64,000 bases of DNA from Paramecium tetraurelia. Taxonomy: Eukaryota. A model generated the notes under the pieces. The model worked only from the letters and a program-made list of their open reading frames with translations. It searched no databases and had not been told where the DNA came from. The stretch's first letter is position 1. Each line of letters opens with the position of its first letter. The stretch spans positions 124,001-188,000 of the forward strand of contig CT868035.1 of NCBI GenBank assembly GCA_000165425.1, in the 5' to 3' direction. Both the position numbers and the translations under genes were made by a program. Shown here piece after piece: positions 1-12,355 of the stretch.

Positions 1-1031
1 CAATCCACCCATATTTTTTTAATTCATTTATTCCTTAAAGTAATTAAAGATTTAATCTTGCATTTATGGAATGATTTGCTCTCTTATGATAGGATCTGTG
101 AAACCATTCTATTTAATTTATTAAGAGTGGCATTTTTTTCATAAGTTTGACCAGTATTAAATAGAATAGGTTCATTCATAATTTCATAAGATATAACACA
201 AGTAAATGATTAAGGTATGGGTATATCTTATAGCATCTTTTTTTATGTTGATTATTCCAGATGATTACAATCCAATTTAACATTTCTAATTTATGCTAAT
301 TCTGCAAGTATGCTTTTAAAAGATTAGACATCTATCAGTAGATATTTAAATGTTAATACTTCTTCTATCCATTTCTTAAGCAAAATCAGAAAATCCATTC
401 GCTTTCCCTTTCCTAAATTTTAATTTATTAGAACCTTCAATTTGTTCTTTTATTAGTCGGTATTATCCTTTATACAATCATTTGCTTTATTATAAAGAGT
501 ATATTACCTTAGTCTAAGTACTGCAAGCCTTTGTGGGCCTATTTTATTAATTATTCACTTATTTCTTGATATTTCTAGACCACTAGTAAAGTTATTGTTC
601 CATAAATAAAGTGTGCTCTAGCATTTGTTTAATCAATTTTAATTGCTTATTCCTTGTCCTATCTTGCTTCTTTATATCTATTCAAAAGTTTATATGGACT
701 GCTCTATTTGAGTATTAAATAGAATCAGTGCCATGCAGATTCTAAATATATTTGTTATACTATAGCTTTCGTATAGCATTCAATAGCTTTTTAATAGTTT
801 TTTTGAGAGAAAAAGTTATTGCCCTTTGCTTTTTCCTCCAAAGATTGCTGTATATTGTCTGTATACTTTGGAGTGGAATTAGGATTTATGTTACTCCAAC
901 TAATTTATTAAAGAGTAGGTTTTTTTGCTGCTTTAAAGACTTTTCTTTAGTATTAGGGGTCTTATTGTGGAAATATTTTCTGGATGTAAATTAAGAAATT
1001 ATAAGGCTTCATTTGAGTGTGCTTATCCCAT
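1..1031 (-). CDS. U-box domain protein (putative E3 ligase) with MG- N-terminus; apparent frameshift inside the U-box; 3' end uncertain
   Basis: Code-6 reading from ATG 1031 gives MGQAHSNEAL... Near 240-130 it reads IPIPQSFTCVISYEIMNEPILFNTGQTYEK (U-box core). The expected continuation QNGFTDPIIRE is in a different frame. Confidence 0.6.
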
Positions 1032-1188
1032 TATTGATTAATAAATTATCAAATTTACTTCAAAAACAAAATTAAAAAAAAGGTGAAATCAAAGAGAGCC
1101 TTTAAGTTTATTAGTATCATTTCTACTATCATAAGGATGAAAAAATTTCATTAAGTCATCATCTTTCATTTAATCAATGTATTCATTA

Positions 1189-1620
1189 TCATTATACTCG
1201 CTTTTGTATATAGAACTAATTTTTAAGTCTTTGTTTTTAATGCTGATCTAATTTTTGGATCTATTGTTGTTTCTGAGTTATCACATAATAGATGATTAAT
1301 TATATATTTAAATAAACGAATGACTGAAGTATCCTAAATTTAGAATATAAATGAAATTACTTAAGAGCTAATTTTAATCTCTTCTAAAGAACTATTTGAA
1401 TTATCTTTTAAAAACTATTTGATTGCAAATAACATAATTGCTGATATTTTAGATTTAGAAATATGTCCATTGAATGGTTCCAACAATGGAAATGCAATTG
1501 ATTTGATTCCCAAGGTCACTGCTAATTGGAGGCAGTTAATTATGCATTCACATTTTATCAGTATATATATTAACTCCATCTATTTATTACCTTAGACCCT
1601 CTTGAAAAGATTCGGTTTTT
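1189..1620 (-). pseudogene. Macrodomain C-terminal half (fragment or degenerate gene)
   Basis: Reads ECIINCLQLAVTLGIKSIAFPLLEPFNGHISKSKISAIMLFAIKQFLKDNSNSSLEEIKI, then a GT..AG mini-intron, then DTSVIRLF. SIAFP is the macrodomain signature. The upstream 1620-2114 stretch gives no clean frame. Confidence 0.55.
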
Positions 1621-2272
1621 TAAAAATCAGTAGAACCATTAGTAGTATATGAATGTTTAGGCATCATCATCATATTATTGGTTTGAAAAGAACATTTTTT
1701 TTTTGAATTACAAATAAAGTAAAAAGAGATGAAATAGTTACTATTAAATTTGGATAATAGAGTCAGTAAACCTTTAAATCCAAGGATTTCTTCAGTTCTT
1801 GTAAAAGAACCAGTTTAAATTTGAAATTGTGTGAAGAATGAGCGTTAAGAACGACTCGAATATATAGTACACACTAAAAGATTTCTTATACTTATTTATA
1901 ATTGGATAGGGAGAATTAATAGCTAAATTTGAAATAGAAAGAAAAATATTTATAGAACATATCATCACAATTTAGAAATTCGATGATAAGGATGCAACAG
2001 CATCTTATTGTAAATTATTCAGGAAAGTACCAAAGCATGAGGAAGTCAAAAGTAATTAAATTGCCTTCAAAACAGGAAGAAATATTATAATTGATTTTAA
2101 AAAAAGTAATCCATTTTGATGTTAATAAATTATGTTAAATTTGCATTGAGAAGGTTTAACAAAATTTTTTGAGGAAGGGGAAATATCAGCGGTAGAAATT
2201 AGAATTGAAATTAGGGATGAAACTTAAGTAAAAATTTTCACGTAATCCAAATGTACATACATACATACATAA

Positions 2273-3174
2273 TCATTTATCTCTTTTTGTACATCTTTAA
2301 TTTGTTGATCAAATATTGTCTTCATCTTTAGCTTATAATTACATTTTATTAACTCGAGAGCCTCAATTATTAAATCGCTTTTATGCATTTATTCTTAGTG
2401 TGAAAAGGTCATCCTCTCTTTATGTACCCTGCACATTCTGATTGGTAACAAGAATAGCTCTCTAATATTCTCTGGTATATTTGTAATTCCCTTTAAGTCT
2501 TCTCCTTTAATATTAGTTTATTTAATCAAATTGGCCTCCTTGCGTGACCTCTTTGATTAGTCCTTCAATCAATAAGATGTTCAATATTATCATAATGGAA
2601 GCTGCAATATCTTGCGATTTGGCTGTTAATCTTTGTATGAATATAACGCTGGTGAGTTTGGTGGTAGTAGCCATACCATTAAACCTAGTTTTCAGAGTTG
2701 TATCAAATTATTCTTTTCTTCTACTTCTAAATTTACATTATGCTTAAGATATATGAAAAATAAGGTTTCGTGTAATTAACCCATAACAAGAATCTGTGAC
2801 CAAATTCAAGATTTTTCATTATTGCTAAGAACTGTATCTTATATTCTTTTCTCTATTTTTGCAAGATGCTCCCCTATTCTTCCTTTATATCAATTTCAAC
2901 TCCAAGGTATCTGAATATTCTCACAAATGAAAATCCATTTCCTGAAAATTTTTTGGTCGAACTGATCGTCTATTTTTTCCTGCATCAAAAACATAACATA
3001 TAAGCCAGTCTCATTCTACAATATAGAGGGGCACATATTATGATTATTTCGTTATGTGAATTATTATCATCTTTTCGCAAATTAATCTGATTAATTAGTG
3101 TAACATTTAAATTATCTAAGTTCAAGATCATTAATTTCTAATTAGGAACTAATAGAACAATTTTATTTATTCAT
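2273..3174 (-). pseudogene. Degenerate coding-like sequence, product unknown
   Basis: Coding-like composition with a candidate ATG at 3174 and TGA at 2273, but every frame I read is interrupted by TGA. No motif recognised. Confidence 0.25.
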
Positions 3175-3868
3175 ATAAGCAAATTATATAGAATCATTTA
3201 GATTATTGAATATTATGAATGATATATTTGAAAAGGAGAATATTTACGAGTTTTTATAAAAAATCGAATGTATTTTATAGAAATCAACTTTTCAATAACT
3301 CTTTCATTAGAATTCAAGAAATTATTTGATTTATTCATTAATAACCTAATAATTTAAAAATCACTATTAGTAATTTCATTCTTTGCCTCTTTAGACAATT
3401 TTTTATTAAAAAAAAAATTACTTTTCTTTTCAAACCTATAATAGTTTCCCAACCGCTTTATAGCACAGTGTAAATAATTTAATCAAACTCTATCTATTAT
3501 TGATGTCTTATATTTATACATTTCCTGCATGAGTATATACTACTTAACCTAAATCAAGTTTTCCACCTTCATTTAAACGCACTTATTTCTGCTCATTCAT
3601 TACAGATTACAATCTATATTTTCTATTTTAAGAAGTAATAGAATAATAGAATACTTAAGTAGATCCTCCATATTTTATCCCATTTTAAGTCTTGTGCTTA
3701 CTATTAGAACAATTGTGTCGACATCCTCATTAAACAATAACTTGCTATGACTTAGTTTGATTTAGCAACCAGCAGATGAAGCATGAGCAGCAATGTTAGG
3801 TTATAAACTCATTTTTGAGCTGCTTCCAAATTAAGCAGAGCCAGAGCAAAAATAGTTTTATTACCCAT
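3172..3868 (-). CDS. Macrodomain N-terminal half (possibly degenerate)
   Basis: Reads CQIKLSHSKLLFNEDVDTIVLIVSTRLKMG...[31-nt intron]...GGKLDLGQVVYTHAGN[26-nt intron]IEFDQIIYTVL, matching the macrodomain DAIVN, GxxVxTxAGxL and IIHxV motifs. The start (MGN at 3868) is out of frame with this segment, and no SIAFP follows. Confidence 0.5.
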
Positions 3869-4064
3869 ATTAATATTATTTAATAAATAAATTTACTAAA
3901 AAATTCTTATTTTAGGGAAGATCAGAATTCTTAATATTGAAAATTATTATGTAGAATTAACAGCTATTATTGGTTTTAATTACTTATTATTTGTATTGGA
4001 TTTTTATGTTTTTGAAGATTATTGTTATATTTATTGTAAATTTAATATATTGTTCAAAGAATAC

Positions 4065-7000
4065 TCATTCTTTTTTATACTCTTCAATTGCAAAGAAACC
4101 ATCCTCAACTAAATGATCTTAATATTCTTCTAAAGATTTTATCATTCTATTTTATATTACTGATAATATACCTTTAGCCTCTCATTCTATCAAGTCTTGT
4201 ATTTAAATCTTGTATTAATCTTTGCTATTCTGAGATTTATTAATCTTTAGAATTAATTGTCTCATCATTAGTTGCTTAGTCTCTTAATCTGCTATTTTCT
4301 TCTATTAATTCATTCATTCTTTTCAGCAAATCTGGATCAGATTACTAAAATATTAGAAAATATTTACATTGGCAATTGAGTTGAAAAATACTAATTCTTT
4401 TAATTAAAGATTTCTCTCTAAAACACCAATCAATTTTTCAGTTGCCATTTTTTTATGAATGAATTTGTATTAAGTTGGCTAAATTGAACTTTTTAGCATC
4501 TGTTCACCTAACTTCTAGCATTGTGAAGCAATTAAAACTAATTCAGTGAATCTTATTTTCAAATGTCTTCGGAATACTCTTTACAAAGTACTAAGAGCTA
4601 CCTATTAACTATTCTTTAAAATAATTGATTCCATTTAGGATTTCGCTTAAGAATCTCGAACAGGGGTCTATTATAAGAAACTTGAATGTGATGGTTAGAA
4701 TGAACTTGCATCAGTTATTCCTCTTCCAAAGTGTTCTATATTGGGTAAATGCTCTTTATCTCACTCTGTCATATGCCTTTAGCAAATTATTTATCAACTT
4801 TTTGCATTTAACTATTTATAAAGTATTTAAACTGACAGCTTTTTATGTCGTTGCGTTATCCCTCATTCTCCAAAATGCTATTTATGGAGTAATTCTTGTA
4901 TTCTTTGCAATCATTTCAGCTACTCTTTAGAACCATTAATTCTACAATTTTGGTCCTCTCCAAATATCCAATGCTTCTTTAATTAATTCTCTATCTTATT
5001 TCATGTTAATGAAAAGTAATTTTTAAATTGCATTAAATACTGAAATCATATTCTTCTTAACAGCTCTTATGTTCCACCTTTAGAAATATATTCTTAATCT
5101 AATTTATGCAAAGTTTTAGAATAACAGAATTGCCTCTCTCTTTAATCTAACTTCTCTCTCTTATGCAGTCTCTTGTTTATTAGTTAGGTGTGACGATAAA
5201 CGCTTCCATTCAACAAAAGCTACATTTAATTAGTTCATTTTATGTTAGTAGAATAATTAGATTGCAAGTTTCTTCTTGTCCGAAATATCGAAAGCTTCTG
5301 CTGCTTTGCTGAATTCAACAACCTTGTACCACTTCAAAAATGCTTTCTTTTAAGCACTCATACAATTATACAACATTTTATTTATTGCATATTTTTATTT
5401 TGCCTATCCATCTAAGTAAATATTATATAATTAATTATAAGCTGACTTTCTCACCATATGAATTTTGAATCGATTTAGAGATTTTTCAAATATACTAGCT
5501 TTCATTTGGTCTAATGCTTTAGTTTCTGGTAGAGCTTTCCATTTTTAAAAGGATACCTCAATCTACCCTACAAATGTATGCAATAATTATATTTATATTT
5601 TCTTTATTAATGCTTGCTTTTACCTCTCTTTTGAAAACTTTCTCAAAATATCTCTTAATTTTCCTTAATCATTTGTTCTTAAATTTCTATGGAGTGCAAA
5701 TAGTAACAACTTTTTCTTTTCATCATCCAATTAAGATTAAATCTTAGCTTATTTAGCTTAATTATTCCAATGAACAAATGCCCATCTTAAAGTATTATTA
5801 TAATTTAATAACATTTTATTCAAGACACTTTCTTATTATTTATTTGGCTTAAATATTGACTAGACATGTCCAGCTAGAGTGAATGCAAGTGTTTAAAATA
5901 GATTTGTAGTATATTTACATGTTTCGATTGACTTATGTAATCTATTTATATCTCTCCAATACAAGAATAATCGTTTATTTTAACCCATAGCAAGAGTCAT
6001 TAATTTTCTTAAACAATACAACTTTTTGCTATTTCCTTCTTAATAAACATCCTTTAATGGTTCAAATGATGCTTTTACTCTACCTCTAAAAAGTAAATCT
6101 AATGTTCTTTCAAATTTTCTAGCATTTTTCATTTACTCAGTATTGACTGGTTCTGGTAAGTTCTTCCATTTTTAGAAAGCCTTTATGGCACCGCCAAATT
6201 AAGTTGCAAATAATTTAGCAAAGAATCTATCTTAGACTGCAGTTATGCTTGAGTTTCTTCTGAACTTAGCAAGAATAGCTCTCAATCTTGCAAAATCATT
6301 ATTCTTTGAGAAATTATTGATTGCTTCTAAGAGTAATTTCTTTTTTTCATCAGTCATTGCTCCTTGTAATTTTTCTAGTTTTCCATCATTATACCACTTC
6401 ATGAAGAAATATCTTAAATTACTATCAAAGTTTCCAATAAGTCTGAGCAATGCCTTTTCTTTCTTTTATGATTCTTCATCCGGCTTTAATGGAGCAATAT
6501 TATTCTTGATATGTACACCAATAAATCCAAACAATCCGATGACACATTTGCATCTCTCAACTTCTTTCATTAAGCCAACGTTCTTATTCCATTAATCCAA
6601 TGCTCTTTATTATTCAGATTCTTATGTCTTGATCATCAAAATAATAGCTCTCTTCTTCAAAGCTTATGCATCGTCATAAACTTCTTAAAGAGGATTCCAA
6701 GTTCTTTTTCTCCAAATATGTAAGGTAAATTTATTTAATTAAGTTTCAAATCTACTTGCTTTGATTAAGTCATCAGGATTAGCCTCAGGGAGATTTCTTC
6801 CATTTATTAAATGTATCCCAAACAGCTCCGATTTGAGTTCTTAATATTCTTGCATTAATTTAAAGAACTAGTTTCTCCTTCTTATGGGCTAAAGAGAATT
6901 TAGCTAGAATTTATCTATATAGGGCAAATTTATTTCCATTTTCAAACTGAACCAATTATTCAGTCAATTATTTCTTCTTTTCAATAGTTAAAGCATCCTC

Positions 7001-10000
7001 AAAGTTTTAGTTCATTCTTTCTTATTAAGCTCTATTTCTCCACAAAAAGAATGCTCTGCTTAAGTTTTCTGCTTAACCTTAGAAGATTAAAATGAAGAGC
7101 CTTTTCTTTAGCTTAAGCTTCACGAGGATTTTGCATTATTGGTTGAACATTGGCAGTCACAATTTATGCTAATCCTACAAACAATGCAGTAGTCAATCTA
7201 CAAACTTCAATTTGCTTAGCTTATCTATTTTATTGAGCCCAAAGCAAGAACAATCTCTTGTGTGCACTCATACTTTTTTCAAACAATTTTCTTAAGCACA
7301 TTCTCTTGATGTTCAAAGCATCCATATAGTCTTCTTTTAATGGATCAAATGAGACTTTTAGGTGAGAACGGAAAAGAATGTCCAGAGTTCTCTCGAACTT
7401 TCTTGCATTCTTTAATTATTCAGTATTGACTGGTTCTGGTAAGTTCTTCCATTTTTAGAAAGCCTTTATGGCACCGCCAAATTAAGTTGCAAATAATTTA
7501 GCAAAGAATCTATCTTAGACTGCAGTTATGCTTGAGTTTCTTCTGAACTTAGCAAGAATAGCTCTCAATCTTGCAAAATCATTATTCTTTGAGAAATTAT
7601 TGATTGCTTCTAAGAGTAATTTCTTTTTTTCATCAGTCATTGCTCCTTATAATTTTTCTAGTTTTCCATCATTATACCACTTCATGAAGAAATATCTTAA
7701 ATTACTATCAAAGTTTCCAATAAGTCTGAGCAATGCCTTTTCTTTCTTTTATGATTCTTCATCTGGCTTTAATGGAGCGATATTATTTTTGATATGTGAT
7801 CCTAATAATCCAAACAAGCTTATAACAACCTTACATCTCTCAACTTCTCTAATCAACGAAACATTTTTGTTCCATTAATCAAGTGTTCTTTATTATTCTG
7901 ATTCTTAAGTCTTTATCATTAGCAATACTGCTCTTTTTTTAATGGCCAAACCATCATCATAAACTTCCTATAAAGGATTCCATGAGTGTTTTTTCAATAT
8001 ATGAAACACAAACTTACTTAAGGATTTTTCAAACTTAGTGGCTTGAACTTTTAGATCATTATTATTCTCTTCGGGTAATTACTTCCATCTATTAAATGAA
8101 AGCCAAACTTAAGAAATTGTATTTCTGTTTATTATAACCATAGCTTTTCTTTTAAGATTATGTTCAATTGCATTTTAATTAAATCTTCTCAATACTTCGG
8201 TTAAAGCAAAAAATTTGACTTTTGATCCTGCATTAATCCATCCAATTAGTTTTTACTTGACAATCTAATCATTTAATGTTACATTAAGTTATGAGAACTT
8301 ATCAAACATTTTCATTTCCCAAGCTTTTCGATGCCACAATAAAAATGCTTTTTTTAAATCACTTTGGGTTATTGCGATTATTTTATTGATGCAAAATTTC
8401 TTTTTAGCTTATCCATCTAATAAATTATTTTCTAGTTAGTCCCAAGAGTTTAACTTTACAAATCTGTAAGCAATTTTACCAAGAGAAATGGCAAATTTAC
8501 TTACTTTAGCCTAATTTTTCAATGCATCATCTCCAGGTAAGGATTTCCATTTCTAAAATGATAACTCAACTTATCCTATTTGAGTTTGAAGCACTCTTAA
8601 ATGAATTTTCTTAATCAATTGATTTACTTGTTATTCATTATAAAAGAGTCTTAAAATTCTTCTTAATCTATTTAAGTTATCATTTTTTATGAATCTCTAT
8701 AGATTAAGTAACATATACTTTTTTTTCTCATCTCCCAAGTTTTCTGATATTTTTTATTATTTATTATAATTTTTCCATTTTAAAAATGCTATCATCAAAT
8801 TATTTGTAAATGAAGACATTAATTTGACCAAACACTTTTCCTTAACTTCCGCATCCTTTCTTGTGTATAAAAATGCTTTTATATTGTTTTTTAGGACATC
8901 CTACAATGAATCAAAAAAGTTATTAGTTTTTTGGCAAGCTATTACAGATTTATAAATTTTGTTCATGGATTGCCATTAACGCAAAAATCTTTATGGAGCA
9001 CTTAATTATTTAACCAACATTTATTTAATACACAATCTTTTAGATTAGATGCCTTAATAATAAACCTCTTTTAATGGATCAAATGATTATTTTACTCTTT
9101 ATTTAAAAAGGAATTAAAGTCTTAGTTAAAATTTTGAAACATTTTGGAGCATTTATTATTCAGCTGGATCAGGCAATTATTTCCACCTACGAAAAGCATC
9201 CATTGCCATTCCACTCGTGGTTGAAATAATTCTAACAAAGTATTTGTTTTTAATTTCCTGCTATTCTCTCAATAAAGCAAATTTTCTTAAAACTTATCTT
9301 AGCAAACCTTTTTCTGTTTTATTAGCAGTATCCCCCAGTCTTGAGATAATCTCTTGTTTGTTTACGTTATCTAATTTCTCTTGCATTTTCTTTTGCATTG
9401 AAACGTTTTCAATTTATCTCATAGCATCAATCTTTTATCTTTGTTAGATTTTTAAGATCAGCTTATTTAGAAATGAACATATTTCAGCTTTTTTACTCAA
9501 TCCAAATAATTTAAAAGTTTCAAATTTTACTAATTATTAAGTTACATTTGCACTAGCTTACAGAGCTTTAATTTTTCTTAAGTTAGTTTCAGTTAATTTT
9601 GCATAGGTATTATAATTTGCCCATTTATAGAAGGCTGTATATGATTGATTGAAAGTAACTTCAATTAATTCTCTAATGACTTTTGTCTTCTTATTTTTAG
9701 CATCATCATCAATGGCCTTAAAGCTATTCCAAACCAATCGTTTATTCTGATCAGCTTTATTTGTTAATTTTGTTATCAATAACATCCCTTACTTTTTCAT
9801 ATCATTTTCTCTTTTGTCAGGGAGATCAACCCATCTAGTATAGCATCTCTATAATCTACCAAACGTTGTCTTTAACAGTACAGAGAAAAACTTTTTTTTG
9901 AGTCTAAAATTCATTAAATCACCTCTCCACTTTTCAAAAGCCTAATAATAATTTGATATATTTTATACCTCTTTAAGTCTTTATCTATCTAATCTATCAT

Positions 10001-10805
10001 TTCTCATGTTGTATTCATCTCCCAATCTCTCAAGAGCTTTCAATTATTTTTATAATTTATCTGATTTTACCTTAGAATACAGTCTCCACCAATTGAATTT
10101 TTCTCTTAAATATCTCTCTCTATGTTTAGAACTTATGCTCCATAAAAGCAAACCCAACATTTTGTCTGAATCTTAATTTTTTGGTTTCAAAGCAGCCACT
10201 GCAGCAGTTTTTAATTAAAATTCTTTCTTTTAAAGGAAAAGTGCCAAGTTCATCAAACACATATTTTTTCTTTTCTTGGCATTCATTTTTTTTTGAAGAT
10301 CTTTTTATCTAAAATTCAATATTCATTTTTACCCTAAAAGATTTTTTAGCTTGTGAAAAGCATTGAATTCATTTAATCTGGAATTGAGAAGAATTTAATC
10401 AACTGCTTTCTTAACGATTTCAGGATCGGCCCGTACTTTCCATCTTACTGATAATTTATCATTTTACCTTAAAAATGCCTCATGGAGGGAGGTATGGCTC
10501 TCATATCTCAATAGCTAAGACACAATCTTTCCTTTAATTTTTTTGGATATTTTAGAGACATCTATTTTTTTCTCGATCATGGCTCTTCTCATTCTATTAA
10601 GATTATTAGAGAAAGAAATACCTCAGCATGGCTCTATGGAGATTGTGTTGACCATTCAAATTTCCCATATTGAATATGTGACTGAGTAATTTACGATTCT
10701 CCTGTAACAATTCCAATTTTTAAGGTGTCAACACATTTTTTTATTATTATTTGTTCTTCTGCCTATAAAATATTAGATATAAGCTTACAATTAACCTGGA
10801 GGCAT
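4065..10805 (-). CDS. Giant Sfi1-like centrin-binding repeat protein (PtCenBP-like, infraciliary lattice type), ~2200 aa; at least 3 single-base insertions break the frame in this sequence
   Basis: Starts MPPGQLQKNK at 10805, with three 5' and two 3' mini-introns. Many Sfi1-type motifs (YFMKW, AFFLWR, AFQKWK, AFYKW, LFLLW). WxxLPE/D landmarks recur about every 640 nt (~9825, 9180, 8545, 8080, 7445, 6800, 6165, 5535). Coiled-coil C-terminus ends ...FFAIEEYKKE-TGA. Confidence 0.8.
6138..7763. repeat. Near-identical 343-bp internal direct repeat (6138-6480 and 7421-7763, offset 1283 nt)
   Basis: Direct comparison found one mismatch (6366 g vs 7649 a; CAA vs TAA on the coding strand, both Gln in code 6). 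The flanking repeat sequence is clearly more diverged. Confidence 0.9.
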
Positions 10806-12355
10806 ATTTAGAAGAATGAAAATAAATTATATTAATAATATAGATTTAAATAGATACTTTTTTTCGTTTTATTTCCATACAAATAATAAATAAATAAAAT
10901 ATCTAAACATAATAAATATTTTTAAAACTCTTATCAGAACACAACCATTCGGTAATATTTTATTTAATCTAAGCACTTCTAATTTATTGGTTTCTTCTTA
11001 TAACCCTACATTATTACTGTTTTTAATATGAAGATTAACTAATAAATTGAGTAATTTTTTCTTTTTAATTAATAAAATAGTGATTAATTAAAAATAAAAT
11101 ACAATAATATATAAAAAATACACTTGGATGGAATGATTTACAGATGTTAATAATTTTGATCATTTCAAAATCAAAATTTAATAGATGATAACTTTTCATT
11201 TTCTCCAATCATCAAAATTTCATTATAATTGATAAATATCAAAAGTTATTGATAATTTACAAATTTTCTTTCCGTTTCCAAAAATTATGCAATATAGTTA
11301 TTGAAATGCATTATTATACATTTTTAATTTAGTTGTTATTAGAGTTACTTAGTAATCTTGTTTGTATTCTTAGTTAAGCTTAATTTTTTTTCAAAACTAT
11401 TGTCAAGAATAATAAATCTTCGTGCTTTCGTAATAAGAATATTTTATTGAATAAAAATAAGCAGAACAGAGCTAAAATTTTATTCAACCTAATAATTCAA
11501 TTTAGTAAATAAGTTGGAATTTATTTAGTTATACCAACATTTTCCTCTATTTCTATATTATAGCAAGCTATAAAATTATTACCATCTAAATCATTTTTCA
11601 CACTGATATGAATTCAATCTCTATCATTGATTAGTTACCAAATTAAGATGTTAGCTTTATATGGATATGTATTTAACATTTTTGTGAGATCAATTCAATT
11701 GTTCCTTAATAATAAAATTCTAGATTTTTCTGGTAAATATTATTGTAAATTAATAGTGAGTATTCTTAAAAAATTTAAACAGGAGTTTGGATGGGTTTAT
11801 CAAAAGCAATTTCTAAAAATTTTTGTAATTTATTTGCTCTTGCTTTAATATATATTGTTATTGAAAGTATGAAATCAAAAATGATAATGCATGAATTATC
11901 GAATCTGAAAGATTTTTTTGCTGTTATTACTTTTAGTTTACTCTTTTCTATTCATAAAAGCAAAAATGATATTGTTTGATAATTTTTATAAATCATTATC
12001 AATTTCTTGTGAAATTAAATCATATTAAATAAAAAAGAATTTTTAAAATTATATGCATGAAATCCATTTTTTAAGTTTTAGAAGTGAAAAGTATTTAATA
12101 TAAAGGTTTCAAATCTTTAATTTAGTTTCCCCTTTTTTCTTTACTTTACATCCATATTACAATTTTTCCTTAAATAATTGCGAAATTCTGATCAATCATT
12201 CTTAGATAAACATCATTAATTTCAAGTTTTATTATTTTCTGTCTTATATATTGTAATTTGCCATAAAAAAATTGTTAAATTTGAAGCACAAATTGAGAAA
12301 AAGTTATTAAATTCTAAATTAACATTGAATATTTTAATAATATTGATTAAATAAA

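Noticed and set aside
6245..7878. Two near-identical 116-aa plus-strand ORFs suggesting a duplicated small gene or mobile-element ends
   Set aside because: They are antisense to internal repeats of the Sfi1-like gene. No transposase, terminal inverted repeats or target duplication seen.
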